A DNA stretch of 64,000 bases from Candidatus Fraserbacteria bacterium (GCA_037443265.1 JBBIOR010000006.1:5166-69165), one strand, 5' to 3'. Shown: positions 8,823 through 20,687, numbered from the stretch's first letter. The notes: generated by a model not told the origin, from the letters alone. Program-made: numbers and translations.

Positions 8823-10169
8823 ATGCACACAAGAAGACGAGCCTACATCCACACCTGGGGCTGCCAGATGAACGAGCACAAGAGCGAGGGGATCGCCGGG
8901 CTCCTCGCTCAGCATGGGTATGAATTGGTCGAACGCCCTGAGGATGCGGATTTGGTGATCTTCAACACCTGCATGGTGCGCGAAAAGGCCGAAGAGAAAG
9001 TCTATTCAGAAGCGGGCATAATCCGGGCCCTCAAAGAGAAGAAGCCCCATCTGCTCCTGGGCATCGGCGGCTGCATGGCCCAAGCCCTGGGCAAGAGGAT
9101 CTTTGAACGAAGCCCCACGGTCGATTTCCTCTTCGGAAGCTCCAACCTCTCAGACATCCCCCGTCTCATTCAAGAATTAGAAGAGCGACGCCAAAACGGC
9201 AGACATCTCCGAGATGGGCCCGTGATGGCCATCTCTAAGATTCCGGATCGAATCGAGGATCTACCTTTTGTGCGCCAGAGCCCCTTCCAAGCCAAAGTCA
9301 CTATCACCGAGGGGTGCTCCAACTTCTGCTCCTTCTGCATCGTCCCATACACCACCGGGCTTCTCCGTAGCCGTCTTCCCGGAGATATCCTTCGGGAAGT
9401 GAGCCAACTCGCCGCGCAGGGCTATAAAGAGATTCAGCTCTTGGGCCAGAACGTCGATTCCTACGGGCGCGATCTGGACGATCCTGAGATCAACTTCGCC
9501 AACCTCCTGCGAGCCCTTACCCAGATCGACATCCCGCGCATTCGCTTTACCTCCTCACATCCCAAGGACATCACCCCTGCCGTGATCGACGTCTTAGCAG
9601 AAGAGAATAATATTTGCGAGCACGTGCACATGGCTGTGCAGTCCGGAAGCGATCGAGTGCTCACAGAGATGCGCCGCGGCTACACGAAAGAGCAATTTTT
9701 AGATTTAGTACATGAGCTGAAGGCCCGCGTGCCGGGCATAAGCATCACTACGGACATCATCGTGGGCTTCCCGACGGAGACGGAAGAGGACTTCCTCGAG
9801 ACGGTGGATCTGGTCAAGAAAGCCCGCTTTGGCGGAGCTTATATCTTCAAATATTCGCCCCGTCCGGGCACGATCAGCTTCTACAAGTGGCCCGATGCCA
9901 TCCCGCCGGAGGAGAAGCAGCGACGCCTGGAGTATCTGCTCAGTTTGCAGAAGCACATCACGGATGAAGAGAACCGCCGTCTCCTAGGAGAGACGGTCGA
10001 GGTGCTCGTCGAAGGCCCCACTCGCCCCCACTCAGATCGCTATTTAGGGAAGACCCGCGATAATAAGACGGTCATCTTCCCCGGCAACCCTGAGATGGTC
10101 GGGACGCTCGTGCCGGTGTTGGTAGAGGAGGCGGGCGTGGCCGGACTCTTCGGACGCGTCCTGCCATGA
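8823..10169 (+). CDS. miaB: tRNA-2-methylthio-N6-dimethylallyladenosine synthase
   Basis: TWGCQMNEH, NTCMVREKAE, radical SAM CSNFCSFC, C-terminal TRAM domain. Confidence 0.95.
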   Translation: MHTRRRAYIHTWGCQMNEHKSEGIAGLLAQHGYELVERPEDADLVIFNTCMVREKAEEKVYSEAGIIRALKEKKPHLLLGIGGCMAQALGKRIFERSPTVDFLFGSSNLSDIPRLIQELEERRQNGRHLRDGPVMAISKIPDRIEDLPFVRQSPFQAKVTITEGCSNFCSFCIVPYTTGLLRSRLPGDILREVSQLAAQGYKEIQLLGQNVDSYGRDLDDPEINFANLLRALTQIDIPRIRFTSSHPKDITPAVIDVLAEENNICEHVHMAVQSGSDRVLTEMRRGYTKEQFLDLVHELKARVPGISITTDIIVGFPTETEEDFLETVDLVKKARFGGAYIFKYSPRPGTISFYKWPDAIPPEEKQRRLEYLLSLQKHITDEENRRLLGETVEVLVEGPTRPHSDRYLGKTRDNKTVIFPGNPEMVGTLVPVLVEEAGVAGLFGRVLP

Positions 10170-10600
10170 AAGTCGCAGAGCTCATGACGCGGGAACTCTC
10201 AGCCGTCGAGGAGGAGACTCCCATCCGCGATTTCGTGCGCCTTTTGTATCAGACAGGCATGTCGGGCCTGCCGGTGGTCGATGGCGCAAGAAGAGTCATC
10301 GGCTTCATCTCCGAGCGCGACGTGATCCAGGCTGCCCTCCCCAGCTATTTTGATCTCGTGCAGAGCGAATCCTTCTGGCCGGAGGTAGAGCAATTCTCGA
10401 AGAAGATGCGCGAGATCTCTCAAGATCCGGTGCGCATCTACATGGTGCGTGAGGTGGTCAAAGTGAATCAAGACGAGGATGATCTGTATGTGGCTGAGCT
10501 TTTGATTCGCAAGGGGCTGAAGCTGGTCCCCGTGGTAGACTCTGAAGGAGTGCTGATTGGGCTTGTGAGAAGAATTGATCTATTGAAGGGCATGCTATGA
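10166..10600 (+). CDS. CBS-domain protein
   Basis: SGLPVVD..GFISERD and LVPVVD..GLVRRIDL. Confidence 0.85.
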   Translation: MKVAELMTRELSAVEEETPIRDFVRLLYQTGMSGLPVVDGARRVIGFISERDVIQAALPSYFDLVQSESFWPEVEQFSKKMREISQDPVRIYMVREVVKVNQDEDDLYVAELLIRKGLKLVPVVDSEGVLIGLVRRIDLLKGML

Positions 10601-11691
10601 TGCGGGAGATTGAGCGCAGGCCGTCTCGGGTTGTGAGCGTCGGAGGCGTGAAGATCGGCGGAGAGAGCCCCATCGTCGTGCAGTCGATGACGAACACAGA
10701 CACGCGCGACGTCGAGGCCACCGTCGCTCAGATTCAGCGCTTGCAAGCAGCGGGCTGTGAGATCGTGCGGGTGGCCGTGCTCAACATGGACGCGGCCCGT
10801 TGCTTGGGTGAAATTAAAAGACAAAGCTCGATCCCCCTGGTGGCGGATATTCACTTTGATCACCGCTTGGCCTTGGAGGCCATCCGGCAGGGCGTCGACA
10901 AAGTCCGTCTCAACCCCGGCAACATCACCAAGCCCGCGAAGATCAAGGAAGTCGTGCAGGCCGCCAAAGATGCAGGCATTCCCATCCGCGTGGGAGTCAA
11001 TTCCGGCTCGCTGGCCAAAGAGATCCTCATCAAGCACGAGGGTGCTACCCCGGAAGCCATGGTCGAAAGCGCGCTCCGCGAGATTGAGATCCTCGAATCG
11101 CTCAACTTCAGAGAGATTGTGATCTCGCTCAAATCAACAGACGTGCGGGTGATGATCGACTCCTATCGCTTGATCACAAAATACGTCGACTACCCCTTGC
11201 ATCTGGGCGTGACAGAGGCCGGCTTAGGAGTGGCCGCCATCGTCAAGAGTGCTCTAGGCATCGGGACTCTTCTCGAAGAGGGCATTGGCGATACGCTCAG
11301 GGTCTCTCTCACGGGCGATCCCGTGCAGGAAGTGAAAGTCGCTTATGATATTTTAGGGGCTTTGGGGCTGCGCTGGCGCGGGGTGCAGTTCACGGCCTGT
11401 CCCACCTGCGGCCGCATCGGCATCGATCTGGAAAAGATCGTATCCGAAGCCCAAGAGCGCCTAAAGGACGTAGAAGCGCCGCTCAAGGTCTCGCTCATCG
11501 GCTGCGTAGTGAACGGCATCGGGGAAGCCGCGCATGCGCACATTGGGCTTGTGGGACAGGACAAAGCCGGCGTCCTCTACAAAGACGGAAGGCCCATAAA
11601 GCGCGTCCCGGAGGAGCAGATCGTCGAAGAGCTCGTCCGGCTGGTGCGCGAGTACGAGCGAGAACTGCTCAACCCCCAAGACAGATCATGA
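10597..11691 (+). CDS. ispG: HMBPP synthase
   Basis: QSMTNT, PLVADIHFD, RLNPGN, PLHLGVTEAG, CPTCGR, GCVVNG. Confidence 0.97.
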   Translation: MMREIERRPSRVVSVGGVKIGGESPIVVQSMTNTDTRDVEATVAQIQRLQAAGCEIVRVAVLNMDAARCLGEIKRQSSIPLVADIHFDHRLALEAIRQGVDKVRLNPGNITKPAKIKEVVQAAKDAGIPIRVGVNSGSLAKEILIKHEGATPEAMVESALREIEILESLNFREIVISLKSTDVRVMIDSYRLITKYVDYPLHLGVTEAGLGVAAIVKSALGIGTLLEEGIGDTLRVSLTGDPVQEVKVAYDILGALGLRWRGVQFTACPTCGRIGIDLEKIVSEAQERLKDVEAPLKVSLIGCVVNGIGEAAHAHIGLVGQDKAGVLYKDGRPIKRVPEEQIVEELVRLVREYERELLNPQDRS

Positions 11692-11936
11692 TTTTAACAG
11701 GACTTGGGCGCAATGTGGCCGGGATCTTCTTAATTCTAGTAGGCCTCATTCTGCTGCCCGTGCCCGTCTTATCCGGCTGGGCCCTGATCATCCCTGGGAT
11801 CATCCTGCTGGATCTTCCCGGCAAGCGTCGGCTCTTCATGAGACTAGAAAAGACGCGGTTGATCTCGCAAGTTCTAGCGAAGCACCCTGCGCTTGCTCAG
11901 CTCTGGAAGCGCCTCTACGCCCAAACAGAGTCTTGA
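11688..11936 (+). CDS. Small membrane protein (PGPGW-like)
   Basis: Two hydrophobic segments, LLPVPVLSGW..LLDLPGKRR; overlaps the ispG stop. Confidence 0.55.
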   Translation: MILTGLGRNVAGIFLILVGLILLPVPVLSGWALIIPGIILLDLPGKRRLFMRLEKTRLISQVLAKHPALAQLWKRLYAQTES

Positions 11937-11982
11937 CAATAGAAGCGTACGACCAGTAGAATCATGCACCATTCTGAAGATC

Positions 11983-12618
11983 ATGAGAGTCTCAGCCATT
12001 GTGCCGGCCTATAACGAAGCGGAGCGCGTCCCGGCGGTGATCTCCCCTCTGAAAGCGGCCCAGCGAGTAGATGAGATCATCGTAGTGGATGACGGCTCCA
12101 CGGATGGCACGGCGGAGGTCGCCCGCTCTTTAGGGGTTCGCGTGATCCGGCTGCCCCAGAATCTGGGGAAGGCCGCTGCGCTCGACCGTGGCGTGCGAGC
12201 GGCTCGCCACGACGTCTTCTTGTTCCTCGATGCCGATCTAGTGGGCCTGCGGGCGGAGCACGTCAATCGCCTCATCTGGCTGTATGAACAGAAGCAGTTG
12301 GACATGGTCGTGGGGGTCTTCAAAAGTGGGCGGCTGAACACGGACTTGGCCCACAGCCTCGCGCCGTATCTATCGGGCCAGCGGGTGATCAGCCGAACGC
12401 TGTGGAATCGTCTCAAGAAGTCCGGCAAACTGGAGTTCGGCGTGGAGATGGCGCTCACCAAGCTCTCTCTCAAAGAAAACTGGAGGGAAGAGCGCGTCTT
12501 CTTAGAGGGTGTCACCCACGTGATGAAGGAGGAGAAGCGTGGCTTCTCCCAGGGGCTTCGGGAACGCCTGCTCATGTACGGGGACATCATCCGCTCCCTC
12601 TTCACCAGGGTCGGCTGA
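11983..12618 (+). CDS. Glycosyltransferase family 2
   Basis: [22 protein letters not shown]. Confidence 0.9.
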   Translation: MRVSAIVPAYNEAERVPAVISPLKAAQRVDEIIVVDDGSTDGTAEVARSLGVRVIRLPQNLGKAAALDRGVRAARHDVFLFLDADLVGLRAEHVNRLIWLYEQKQLDMVVGVFKSGRLNTDLAHSLAPYLSGQRVISRTLWNRLKKSGKLEFGVEMALTKLSLKENWREERVFLEGVTHVMKEEKRGFSQGLRERLLMYGDIIRSLFTRVG

Positions 12619-12638
12619 CTCCTTCAGCGTTGAATTCG

Positions 12639-13889
12639 ATGAACGGTGAACTCGAACGAGTCGATCCGGAGATCTATCAAGCCATCCAAGGGGAACTTAG
12701 GCGTCAGCAGAGCACGATCGAGCTGATCGCATCTGAGAATTTCGTATCGCCCGCGGTGCTGGCGGCCCAAGGCTCCGTGCTCACCAACAAATACGCCGAA
12801 GGCTATCCCGGCCGGCGCTACTACGGTGGATGTCAGCATATGGATGAAGTGGAGGAGCTGGCGCGCCAACGCCTGTGTAAGCTATTTCAGGCAGAGCATG
12901 CGAATGTGCAGCCGCATTCGGGCACCCAGGCCAACATGGCCGTCTTCTTTGCTGTACTCAAGCCCGGGGACACCATCTTAGGGATGGGGCTGGATCAGGG
13001 GGGCCATCTCTCCCACGGCCATCCGGCCAACTTTTCAGGCCAGCTCTATCGCGTTGTGCCGTATGGCGTCGATCGGCAGACGGAACAGATCGACTATGAT
13101 GAGCTTCGTCGCCTGGCCTTGAGCGCTCGGCCCAAGCTTGTCATAGCCGGCGCCAGCGCTTATCCTCGCCTCATTGATTTTGCGAAGATTCGAGAGATCT
13201 GTGATGAAATCGGAGCGTATCTTTTGGCGGACATCGCCCACATCGCCGGACTATGCGCGGCCGGGCTCCATCCGTCGCCCCTGCCCCACGCGCATTTTGT
13301 CACGCTGACCACCCATAAGACGCTGCGGGGACCTCGGGGCGGGGCTATTCTGTGTGGCAAAGAGCACGCCCTGCTCATCGATAAGACAGTCTTCCCTGGC
13401 CTCCAAGGCGGGCCCTTGATGCACGTGATCGCGGCCAAGGCCGTGGCCTTCAAGGAGGCCCTCCAGGAGTCCTTCCGGGCCTATCAGAGGAAGATCGTGG
13501 AGAACGCCCAAGCGCTGGCCCGCGCCCTGGCCGAGCGGGGCTTCCGGCTAGTCTCCGGAGGCACAGACACTCATCTCCTGCTGGTGGATCTTACTCCCAA
13601 GGGCGTGACGGGGGCCGAGGCCGAAAGACACTTGGAAGAGGTGGGCATTACCGTCAACAAGAACGCGATTCCCTTCGACCCCAGAAAGCCCGCGATCGCC
13701 AGCGGGATCCGCTTGGGGACCCCGGCCGTGACCACCCGCGGCATGGGAGAGCCGGAGATGACCCAGATCGCCGAGCTCATCGATCTCGTGCTCGAGGGGG
13801 CCAAAAGAGGCGATCCCAAGGCCAAAGAAGAAGCCCGGTATCGGGTCAAGGCTCTCTGTGAGGCCTTCTCGCTCTATGATGTGCCTTGA
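12639..13889 (+). CDS. glyA: Serine hydroxymethyltransferase
   Basis: [29 protein letters not shown]. Confidence 0.98.
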   Translation: MNGELERVDPEIYQAIQGELRRQQSTIELIASENFVSPAVLAAQGSVLTNKYAEGYPGRRYYGGCQHMDEVEELARQRLCKLFQAEHANVQPHSGTQANMAVFFAVLKPGDTILGMGLDQGGHLSHGHPANFSGQLYRVVPYGVDRQTEQIDYDELRRLALSARPKLVIAGASAYPRLIDFAKIREICDEIGAYLLADIAHIAGLCAAGLHPSPLPHAHFVTLTTHKTLRGPRGGAILCGKEHALLIDKTVFPGLQGGPLMHVIAAKAVAFKEALQESFRAYQRKIVENAQALARALAERGFRLVSGGTDTHLLLVDLTPKGVTGAEAERHLEEVGITVNKNAIPFDPRKPAIASGIRLGTPAVTTRGMGEPEMTQIAELIDLVLEGAKRGDPKAKEEARYRVKALCEAFSLYDVP

Positions 13890-13894
13890 AGCCC

Positions 13895-13923
13895 TTGTCA
13901 AACTCCCCTGGATGCGCTATAAT
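13895..13923 (+). promoter_or_regulatory. Sigma70 promoter of rho with ~130 nt leader
   Basis: TTGTCA-17nt-TATAAT. Confidence 0.7.
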
Positions 13924-14059
13924 ACCCCTCGACAACCGAGGTGAAGAAACCCTTTATCCCAGCCGAATTGACAGCTCATTACTTGAGTCGCCTCCAACCC
14001 TAACGCATTATGGACTCAATTCACCCAGAGAACTAGCCCCTTGAGGAGGTAAGCGGCGG

Positions 14060-15385
14060 ATGGATATTAGCGACCTCAGGTCCCAGAGGATGGAGGATCT
14101 GAGGAAGATTGCGGAACAGTATGGCATCAACGGCCTCTCCCAGATGAAGAAGGAGGAGCTCGTCTGGGCGATTCTGGATGCGGTCGCCCAGAAGGAGGGG
14201 TTCAGCATCAAAGACGGCGTTCTAGAGATCCTGCCGGACGGCTACGGCTTTTTGCGCGACAAGTCGTGTCTTCCGGGCAAGAACGATATCTATGTGTCTC
14301 CCTCACAGATCAAGAGATTTGGCCTCAAAGATGGAGATATCGTGCGTGGCACGGTCCGCCCCCCTAAAGACGACGAGAAGTACTGGGCGCTGCTTAAAGT
14401 CCAGGAGATTGACTTCAAAGACCCTGAGACCATCCGTCAGCGGACGGACTTCAGCGATCTCACCCCCTATCACCCCACAGAGCAGATCAAGCTCGAGCAC
14501 GATCCTGAGGAATTTTCTACGAGAATTCTCGATCTATTTGCCCCTATCGGCAAAGGCCAGCGCGGTTTGATCGTCTCTCCGCCTAAGGCGGGCAAGACGA
14601 CGCTGCTTAAAAACATAGCCCACGGGATCATGGCCAATCATCCAGAGATCTATTTGATCGTGCTTCTGGTCGATGAGCGCCCCGAGGAAGTGACGGATAT
14701 AAAACTCTCGCTCGATCAGGCTCGCCGCAAGCTCTCCCGAGAGCCGGAGCATGAGCCGGAGGTCGTCTCGGCCACCTTCGATCAGAAGCCGGAGATCCAT
14801 TGCCGCATCTCCGAGCTGGTGATCGCCAAGGCCAAGCGGCTGGTGGAGCACGGCTTTCACGTGGTCATCCTGATGGACTCGATCACCCGGCTGGCCCGCG
14901 CCTATAACCTCTCGATCACCCCAAGCGGGAAACTGCTCTCCGGCGGTATGGACCCAACAGCCCTCTATAAGCCCAAGGAGTTCTTCGGCGCCGCGCGCAA
15001 CATCGTCGATTTGAGCGCGGCAAGAGACGAGAATGGGCATCCGCCTAGCAAGGGAAGCCTCACCGCCATTGGCACGGCCCTCATCGACACGGGCTCCCGG
15101 CTCGATCAAGTCGTCTTTGAAGAGTTTAAGGGCACGGGCAACATGGAACTCGTCCTCGATCGCAGTCTGGCCAATCGCCGCATCTTCCCGGCCATCGATC
15201 TGGAGCAATCCGGCACGCGCAAGGAAGAGCTCCTACTGGACGCGGAGACCCGCCGCCGCGTCTGGATCTTGCGCAAGATGATCGGGGATATGAACGACAA
15301 GCAGAAGGCGCTCACTTTCATTTTGAGCGAGATGGCTAAGACCGAGAACAACAAGCAATTTCTCAACAACATGAAGAGCGAATAG
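14060..15385 (+). CDS. rho: Transcription termination factor Rho
   Basis: DGYGFLR, DIYVSPSQI, PPKAGKT, DSITRLARAYN, EFKGTGNME. Confidence 0.98.
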   Translation: MDISDLRSQRMEDLRKIAEQYGINGLSQMKKEELVWAILDAVAQKEGFSIKDGVLEILPDGYGFLRDKSCLPGKNDIYVSPSQIKRFGLKDGDIVRGTVRPPKDDEKYWALLKVQEIDFKDPETIRQRTDFSDLTPYHPTEQIKLEHDPEEFSTRILDLFAPIGKGQRGLIVSPPKAGKTTLLKNIAHGIMANHPEIYLIVLLVDERPEEVTDIKLSLDQARRKLSREPEHEPEVVSATFDQKPEIHCRISELVIAKAKRLVEHGFHVVILMDSITRLARAYNLSITPSGKLLSGGMDPTALYKPKEFFGAARNIVDLSAARDENGHPPSKGSLTAIGTALIDTGSRLDQVVFEEFKGTGNMELVLDRSLANRRIFPAIDLEQSGTRKEELLLDAETRRRVWILRKMIGDMNDKQKALTFILSEMAKTENNKQFLNNMKSE

Positions 15386-15392
15386 CTTTTCG

Positions 15393-16643
15393 ATGAAGCT
15401 GCTCATCACCGGCGGCCGGGAGCTTCTGGGCGAGGTCGCCGTGGAAGGCTCCAAGAACGCCGCTCTTCCCATTCTGGCAGCCACCCTGCTCACCGACGAA
15501 GATGCCCTCCTTAAGGGGATCCCTGCCCTCAAGGACGTCCAGACGGTCATCGGGATCCTGGAGCATCTGGGCAAGGGCGTCGATTGCCTCAGGGGTGGAA
15601 GCTATCGCGTTCGCTCTACGGGCCGGCTCTGTGGGATAGCCCCCCAGGCGCTGGTGCGCCGGATGCGCGCTTCTTTTCTGATATTGGGGCCGCTCTTGGC
15701 CCGCCTGGGAGAGGCGGAGGTCTCTCTGCCCGGCGGAGACGCGATCGGGCTTAGACCCGTCGATCTGCATTTAAAGGGCCTGCAGGCGATGGGAGCCGAG
15801 CTTGAGCTAAAAGACGGGATCGTCTTCGCCCGCGCCAAGCGCCTCCAGCCGGCCGAGATCCATCTCTCTTACCCCTCGGTGGGCGCCACCGAGCATCTGA
15901 TGACGACGGCGGCGCTGATCAGGGGCCGCACGGTCATCCACAACCCGGCCCAGGAGCCGGAGATTGCAGACCTGGCCCGATTCTTGATGAAGCTGGGGGC
16001 CAGAATTGGGCTGCACCGCACTCGCATCGAAGTTGAGGGCTGCCAGGAGCTTGGGGGAGCCACTCATACGGTCATCCCGGATCGCCTATGCGCCGGGACG
16101 TATCTGATCGCCACCGCTTTAGCCGGTGGAGAAGTCTTCGTCCGCTGCAACCCCTGGCATCTTAGCCCGCTTGTAGCTAAACTCAAAGAGATGGGCGTCG
16201 AGATAGGGGAGCGTCCCGAGGGCCTGTTAGTTACACGCTCGGATGGCATCGCGTATCGTCCGGTGGAGATCGAGACCCGTCCCTATCCCGGCTTTCCTAC
16301 GGACATGCATCCGCCGATTATGCCCCTGTTGGCTTTGGCCTCGGGCGAGAGCCGCCTGAGGGAGACAGTCTTCGAGGATCGTTTCTCGTATGTGCCGGAG
16401 CTGCGCCGCATGGGAGCGGATCTTACGCTCTGGGGCCAGACGGTCATCGTCCGAGGGGTGAGGGAGCTTCGGGGCGCGGAGGTTTGGGCGAGGGACATCC
16501 GGGCCGGGGTGGCACTCGTCTTGGCGGGCCTGGCCGCGCGCGGCACGACTATCGTGTATGATGAGGAGGAGCACATCCCCCGAGGCTACAGCGATCTCGT
16601 GGGCGCGTTGCGCACTTTAGGGGCTGAGATCCTGCCGCAATGA
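15393..16643 (+). CDS. murA: UDP-N-acetylglucosamine 1-carboxyvinyltransferase (Asp at the catalytic Cys position)
   Basis: [33 protein letters not shown]. Confidence 0.95.
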   Translation: MKLLITGGRELLGEVAVEGSKNAALPILAATLLTDEDALLKGIPALKDVQTVIGILEHLGKGVDCLRGGSYRVRSTGRLCGIAPQALVRRMRASFLILGPLLARLGEAEVSLPGGDAIGLRPVDLHLKGLQAMGAELELKDGIVFARAKRLQPAEIHLSYPSVGATEHLMTTAALIRGRTVIHNPAQEPEIADLARFLMKLGARIGLHRTRIEVEGCQELGGATHTVIPDRLCAGTYLIATALAGGEVFVRCNPWHLSPLVAKLKEMGVEIGERPEGLLVTRSDGIAYRPVEIETRPYPGFPTDMHPPIMPLLALASGESRLRETVFEDRFSYVPELRRMGADLTLWGQTVIVRGVRELRGAEVWARDIRAGVALVLAGLAARGTTIVYDEEEHIPRGYSDLVGALRTLGAEILPQ

Positions 16644-17968
16644 GTCTGCTCGAAGATAGGCTGGGAAGGCGGGCTCGGGTCTACGGCCGAGAGAGAGCCA
16701 TTCTAGTGGGGGTGATTCAAGGCCGTGGTCTGGCAGAGCGCGAGGTGATCGAAGAGCTCATCTCGCTCAGCCGCACGGCCGGCGTGGAGGTCCTCCACGT
16801 GATCCTCCAGCGGCGCGATCGGCCTGATCCCTCGTATTTCATCGGGGAGGGCAAGGCTGAGCAGCTGCGCGAGTTGGCCAGAGCAGCCCAAGCGGATGCG
16901 ATCATCTTCAACGACTCGCTCAGCCCGGCCCAGGGAAGGAATTTAGAAGAGCTTATCGGTGTCAAGATCATCGATCGGGTACAGCTCATTTTAGATATCT
17001 TTGCGCAGCGCGCCCAGAGCAAAGAGGCCAAGCTGCAAGTGGAGCTGGCTCAATTGGAGTATTTGCTGCCTCGGCTGCGCGGCTGGGGTGAGGCCCTGGG
17101 CCAGCTGGGGGCCGGGATCGGCACCCGTGGCCCCGGTGAGACGAAGCTGGAGATGGAAAGACAGGCCATAAGAAGGCGCATCCATCGGATCAAAGAGCGC
17201 CTCAAGGAGGCGGCCGAGGAGCGCAAGCTCAGACGCAAGCAGCGGGTGCGGCGCGCTATCGCCGAAATCGCCATCTTGGGATACACCAACACCGGCAAAT
17301 CGACGCTCTTAAAGGCCCTGTGCGGCACAGAGACGCTCATTGAGGACAAGCTCTTCGCCACCCTCGACCCGAAAGCCCGCCGGACTCGACTGCCCGATTC
17401 TCGCGAGGTCGTCTTCATCGACACTGTGGGCTTTATCAGAAGGCTGCCGCACCAGCTTGTGCCTGCGTTTCACTCCACTCTGGAGTCCGTAAGAGAAGCC
17501 GATCTTTTGCTGAACGTGCTGGATGCGTCCAGTCGGAGCCTCTTTGCACAGCATCAAACGATCCAGCGCGTATTAGCAGAGATCTTCGGCGATGAGCGGA
17601 GACCTCCCCTGCTCCACGTCCTCAACAAGATCGATCAACTCTCCACGCCCGAGGACTTCAGCCGACTCGAGCAGGCCCGACGCGAGATTCAGCCCATGGT
17701 CGAGATCTCCGCCCAGCGGGGGACGAACCTCGATGTTCTGTGCGCGCGCGTGGCGGAGCTCCTCCATTCCCATCGTGAGCAGGTCCATCTGGAGATTCCC
17801 TACTCCCAGGCCGGCCTGGTCGAAAAGCTTCACGAGTGGGGCCAGATCTATCAGGAGCGCTACGAACCCGACCGGATCGTGATCGAGGCCTCCTTGGAGA
17901 GAACCTATGTCGCGGCCCTTGAGAAGGCCAGCCAAAAGAACGGCGTCAGCTTGAGCCGGCTAGCGTAA
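16640..17968 (+). CDS. hflX: GTPase HflX
   Basis: [36 protein letters not shown]. Confidence 0.95.
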   Translation: MSLLEDRLGRRARVYGRERAILVGVIQGRGLAEREVIEELISLSRTAGVEVLHVILQRRDRPDPSYFIGEGKAEQLRELARAAQADAIIFNDSLSPAQGRNLEELIGVKIIDRVQLILDIFAQRAQSKEAKLQVELAQLEYLLPRLRGWGEALGQLGAGIGTRGPGETKLEMERQAIRRRIHRIKERLKEAAEERKLRRKQRVRRAIAEIAILGYTNTGKSTLLKALCGTETLIEDKLFATLDPKARRTRLPDSREVVFIDTVGFIRRLPHQLVPAFHSTLESVREADLLLNVLDASSRSLFAQHQTIQRVLAEIFGDERRPPLLHVLNKIDQLSTPEDFSRLEQARREIQPMVEISAQRGTNLDVLCARVAELLHSHREQVHLEIPYSQAGLVEKLHEWGQIYQERYEPDRIVIEASLERTYVAALEKASQKNGVSLSRLA

Positions 17969-18980
17969 AGAGCAGCGATTCAAAGAGGAGCTGCACGTTC
18001 GCGTTCCCTTGAAGGGCTTCCTGAGTGCCTTCCAAGGCCTCGATCGCGCAGACAATCTGAGCAAACGGAAGATCCGCGCGCTCTTCTCGAAGAGCGTTCA
18101 GGCGATCTCGGTTGAAGATCAGCTCTTCCTCGCTGCCTACTAGCGCCAGATCCCGGTACCAGCGGAGCGCCTCCTCAAAGAAGAGTTCAAGCTTATAAGC
18201 GTCCAGCCGGCTCAAAATCTGGGCCATCTCTAAAATCTCATGGGGCTTCTGAGCTCTTAGGCGTTGCAGGAACTCTAAAGTGGCCTCGCGCTGCACAATC
18301 CAGTCTTCCGTCTGGGCAAAGAGCTCTGCCAGCTGGGGGCCTGTGCATCTTCGTAGCTCCTCCTGTGCCTTCCTCTTGCGCTCCAAAAGGCCCACCGCAC
18401 CCCCATCACGCTTGAGATCCAGCAGTTGAGCCAGTCGGGACGGGAAGCCCTGCACGAGGGCCAAGGCGTATTCTGCTTCTTTCTCGCTCAACCCCTGAGC
18501 TTGGAGTACCTCTCGAAGCTCCGATGGCGCCAGCGGCTTAAGTCTTATAATTTGGCAGCGGGAGAGGATCGTCGGGATCACCTTCAAACTCCGAGCCAGA
18601 AGCAAAAACATCACATACTCCGGCGGCGATTCTAGAATTTTGAGGAGGCTGTTGGCGGCCTCTAGGCTCAAGTCTTCCGCACCGTCTATGACATAGACCT
18701 TACGATCTGCTTCCAAGGGCCGATAGCGGGCGTCCCGCTGGAGCTGGCGGATCTGATCGATGCCGATCCTCTTCTCTTCTCTCTGAACCCACTGCACATC
18801 GGGATGGTTCCCATGAAGAATCTTCGAGCAGACAGCACAGGCGCGGCACCGGCTTTCACAATAGATTCTTAGCAGAAACTCCCGGGCCACCAGCGCGGCC
18901 CCTTCGCCCACCATGAGATACGCGTGAGCCAATCGACCATCCACCAGCGCCCGTCCCCAAAGGGCTTCAAGCAGGAGCAT
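17946..18980 (-). CDS. holB: DNA polymerase III subunit delta'
   Basis: HAYL, CxxxCxxCxxC zinc module, [28 protein letters not shown]. Confidence 0.85.
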   Translation of the reverse strand: MLLLEALWGRALVDGRLAHAYLMVGEGAALVAREFLLRIYCESRCRACAVCSKILHGNHPDVQWVQREEKRIGIDQIRQLQRDARYRPLEADRKVYVIDGAEDLSLEAANSLLKILESPPEYVMFLLLARSLKVIPTILSRCQIIRLKPLAPSELREVLQAQGLSEKEAEYALALVQGFPSRLAQLLDLKRDGGAVGLLERKRKAQEELRRCTGPQLAELFAQTEDWIVQREATLEFLQRLRAQKPHEILEMAQILSRLDAYKLELFFEEALRWYRDLALVGSEEELIFNRDRLNALREERADLPFAQIVCAIEALEGTQEALQGNANVQLLFESLLFTLAGSS

Positions 18981-19050
18981 CTCAGCTCTAGAGTAGCACG
19001 CAGTGCGTTGGGATTCCAATCCCAGGCGGAGGCAGCTATAATAAATTCTC

Positions 19051-19983
19051 ATGGGACTTCCACTTGCGGCCCTGCTCATCTCGTTTGGTGTGACGTATCT
19101 TTTGGCGTGGGGAATGGGGCGCTGGGCCGCTCGCCTCGGGCTGATCGATGCGCCCAATGGCCGAAAGCTTCACAGCCATGAGACGTCCATTGGAGGGCTG
19201 GCGGTGGTGGCGGGAAGCCTAGCCGGCTTTCTGCCCTTCGTTTCGCCCCCTTTTGTGATGTGGAGTTGGCTGGCTGGAGCTCTGTCCGTCGCGCTCTTGG
19301 GCTCCCTGGACGACCGCCGAGAGCTGAGTGCGCCAGTCAAGCTCGTCGGCCAGACGCTGGCGGCACTCCTCCTGGTGCTGGGAGGATTTATGATGTACTC
19401 GATCACTCTGCTCGATCTTGAGATCGAGCTGGGCGCGCTGGCGGTCCCCTTTACGGTCCTTTGGCTGGTGGGCATCACGAACGCATTCAATCTGATGGAC
19501 GGCTTAGATGGGCTCGCCGGAGGAGCGGCTGTCATCCTGGCTGCCGCCGGCGCGATCTTGAGCATACCAACGGGAAATTCACAAATACTGGCGCTCTCGC
19601 TGGCCGTCTTGGGAGCCGCTTTGGCGTTCACACTCTTCAATACCCATCCCGCCCGGCTGTTTTTGGGAGACGGTGGCAGTTACTTTCTCGGCTTCACCTT
19701 CGCCTTTTTGACCCTGGCGGCTGTGGCGGGGCCGGGGGGCATTCTGGAAGAGGTGCCCTTGCTGGTGCCTATCGTGCTCTTGGGCTATCCCATTGCTGAC
19801 ACGCTCTGGGCCATCATGCGCAGAATTTGGGCTGGGCGCTCGATCTTTTTGCCCGATCAGGAGCACCTACACCATCGCTGGCTCAAAAGAGTGGGCGATC
19901 ATCGCCGGGCCGTCTGGGCTCTTTATGGCCTCTTGGTTGTGCTGGCAGCGCTGGGGCTCCTGCTGCGCTTTGTATGGGGTTAA
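19051..19983 (+). CDS. WecA/TagO-like undecaprenyl-phosphate GlcNAc-1-phosphate transferase
   Basis: LDD, NAFNLMDGLDG, FLGDGGS, DQEHLHH. Confidence 0.9.
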   Translation: MGLPLAALLISFGVTYLLAWGMGRWAARLGLIDAPNGRKLHSHETSIGGLAVVAGSLAGFLPFVSPPFVMWSWLAGALSVALLGSLDDRRELSAPVKLVGQTLAALLLVLGGFMMYSITLLDLEIELGALAVPFTVLWLVGITNAFNLMDGLDGLAGGAAVILAAAGAILSIPTGNSQILALSLAVLGAALAFTLFNTHPARLFLGDGGSYFLGFTFAFLTLAAVAGPGGILEEVPLLVPIVLLGYPIADTLWAIMRRIWAGRSIFLPDQEHLHHRWLKRVGDHRRAVWALYGLLVVLAALGLLLRFVWG

Positions 19984-20687
19984 CGCCGCTGCTGCAAGAA
20001 GATCATGACGTAGTAGACCAGGTTCAGGATCGCGACAGCGGCTGCGGCCACATACGTGAGCGCGGCCGCGTTCAGCACCTTTCCGACGGCGGCCAGCTCC
20101 GGGCCTGAGGTGACCACTCCCGTATCTTTAAGGAGGGCCATCGCCCGTCGGCTGGCGTTGAACTCCACCGGCAGCGTCACCAGCGTAAAGAGCACCGCCG
20201 CAGAGTACGCCAGAATCCCCAATAGAATCAGGATGCTGAATTTGGGGATGAGAAAGCCAGCTAGGATGAGGGGGAAGGCCAATTGGCTTCCGAATTGGGC
20301 TGCAGGCACGAGAGCCGAGCGGAGCACCAGAGGCTGGTAGCGCGCGGCATCCTGGAGCGCATGTCCGGCCTCATGGGCCGCCACGCCAATATCGGCCAGC
20401 GAGCGGCTATCAGGATGCGAGAGCCTGAGGGTCTTGTCCCGAGGGTCGTAGTGATCAGTGAGCATCCCCGGAACAGCCGCCACCCGAACGGCTCTCAGCT
20501 CGGGCTGTCTCAAGCTGAGAGCTCCATGTCCTAGAAGGCGCTCGGCCACCTGACGAGCCGTAAATCCAGACGAGCAGGTCACTTGCGCGTACCGCGCATA
20601 GGTGCTCCGAACCTTCCACTGCGCGTAGAAGGCCAAGAGCATCGCCGGTGCCAGAAGCAAGAACCACAATGGATCAAAGAAGAACAT
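19980..20687 (-). CDS. Zinc metallopeptidase (YugP-like)
   Basis: LTDHYDP, AAHEAGHALQ, TLPVEFNAS, AAALTYVAA. Confidence 0.9.
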   Translation of the reverse strand: MFFFDPLWFLLLAPAMLLAFYAQWKVRSTYARYAQVTCSSGFTARQVAERLLGHGALSLRQPELRAVRVAAVPGMLTDHYDPRDKTLRLSHPDSRSLADIGVAAHEAGHALQDAARYQPLVLRSALVPAAQFGSQLAFPLILAGFLIPKFSILILLGILAYSAAVLFTLVTLPVEFNASRRAMALLKDTGVVTSGPELAAVGKVLNAAALTYVAAAAVAILNLVYYVMIFLQQRR

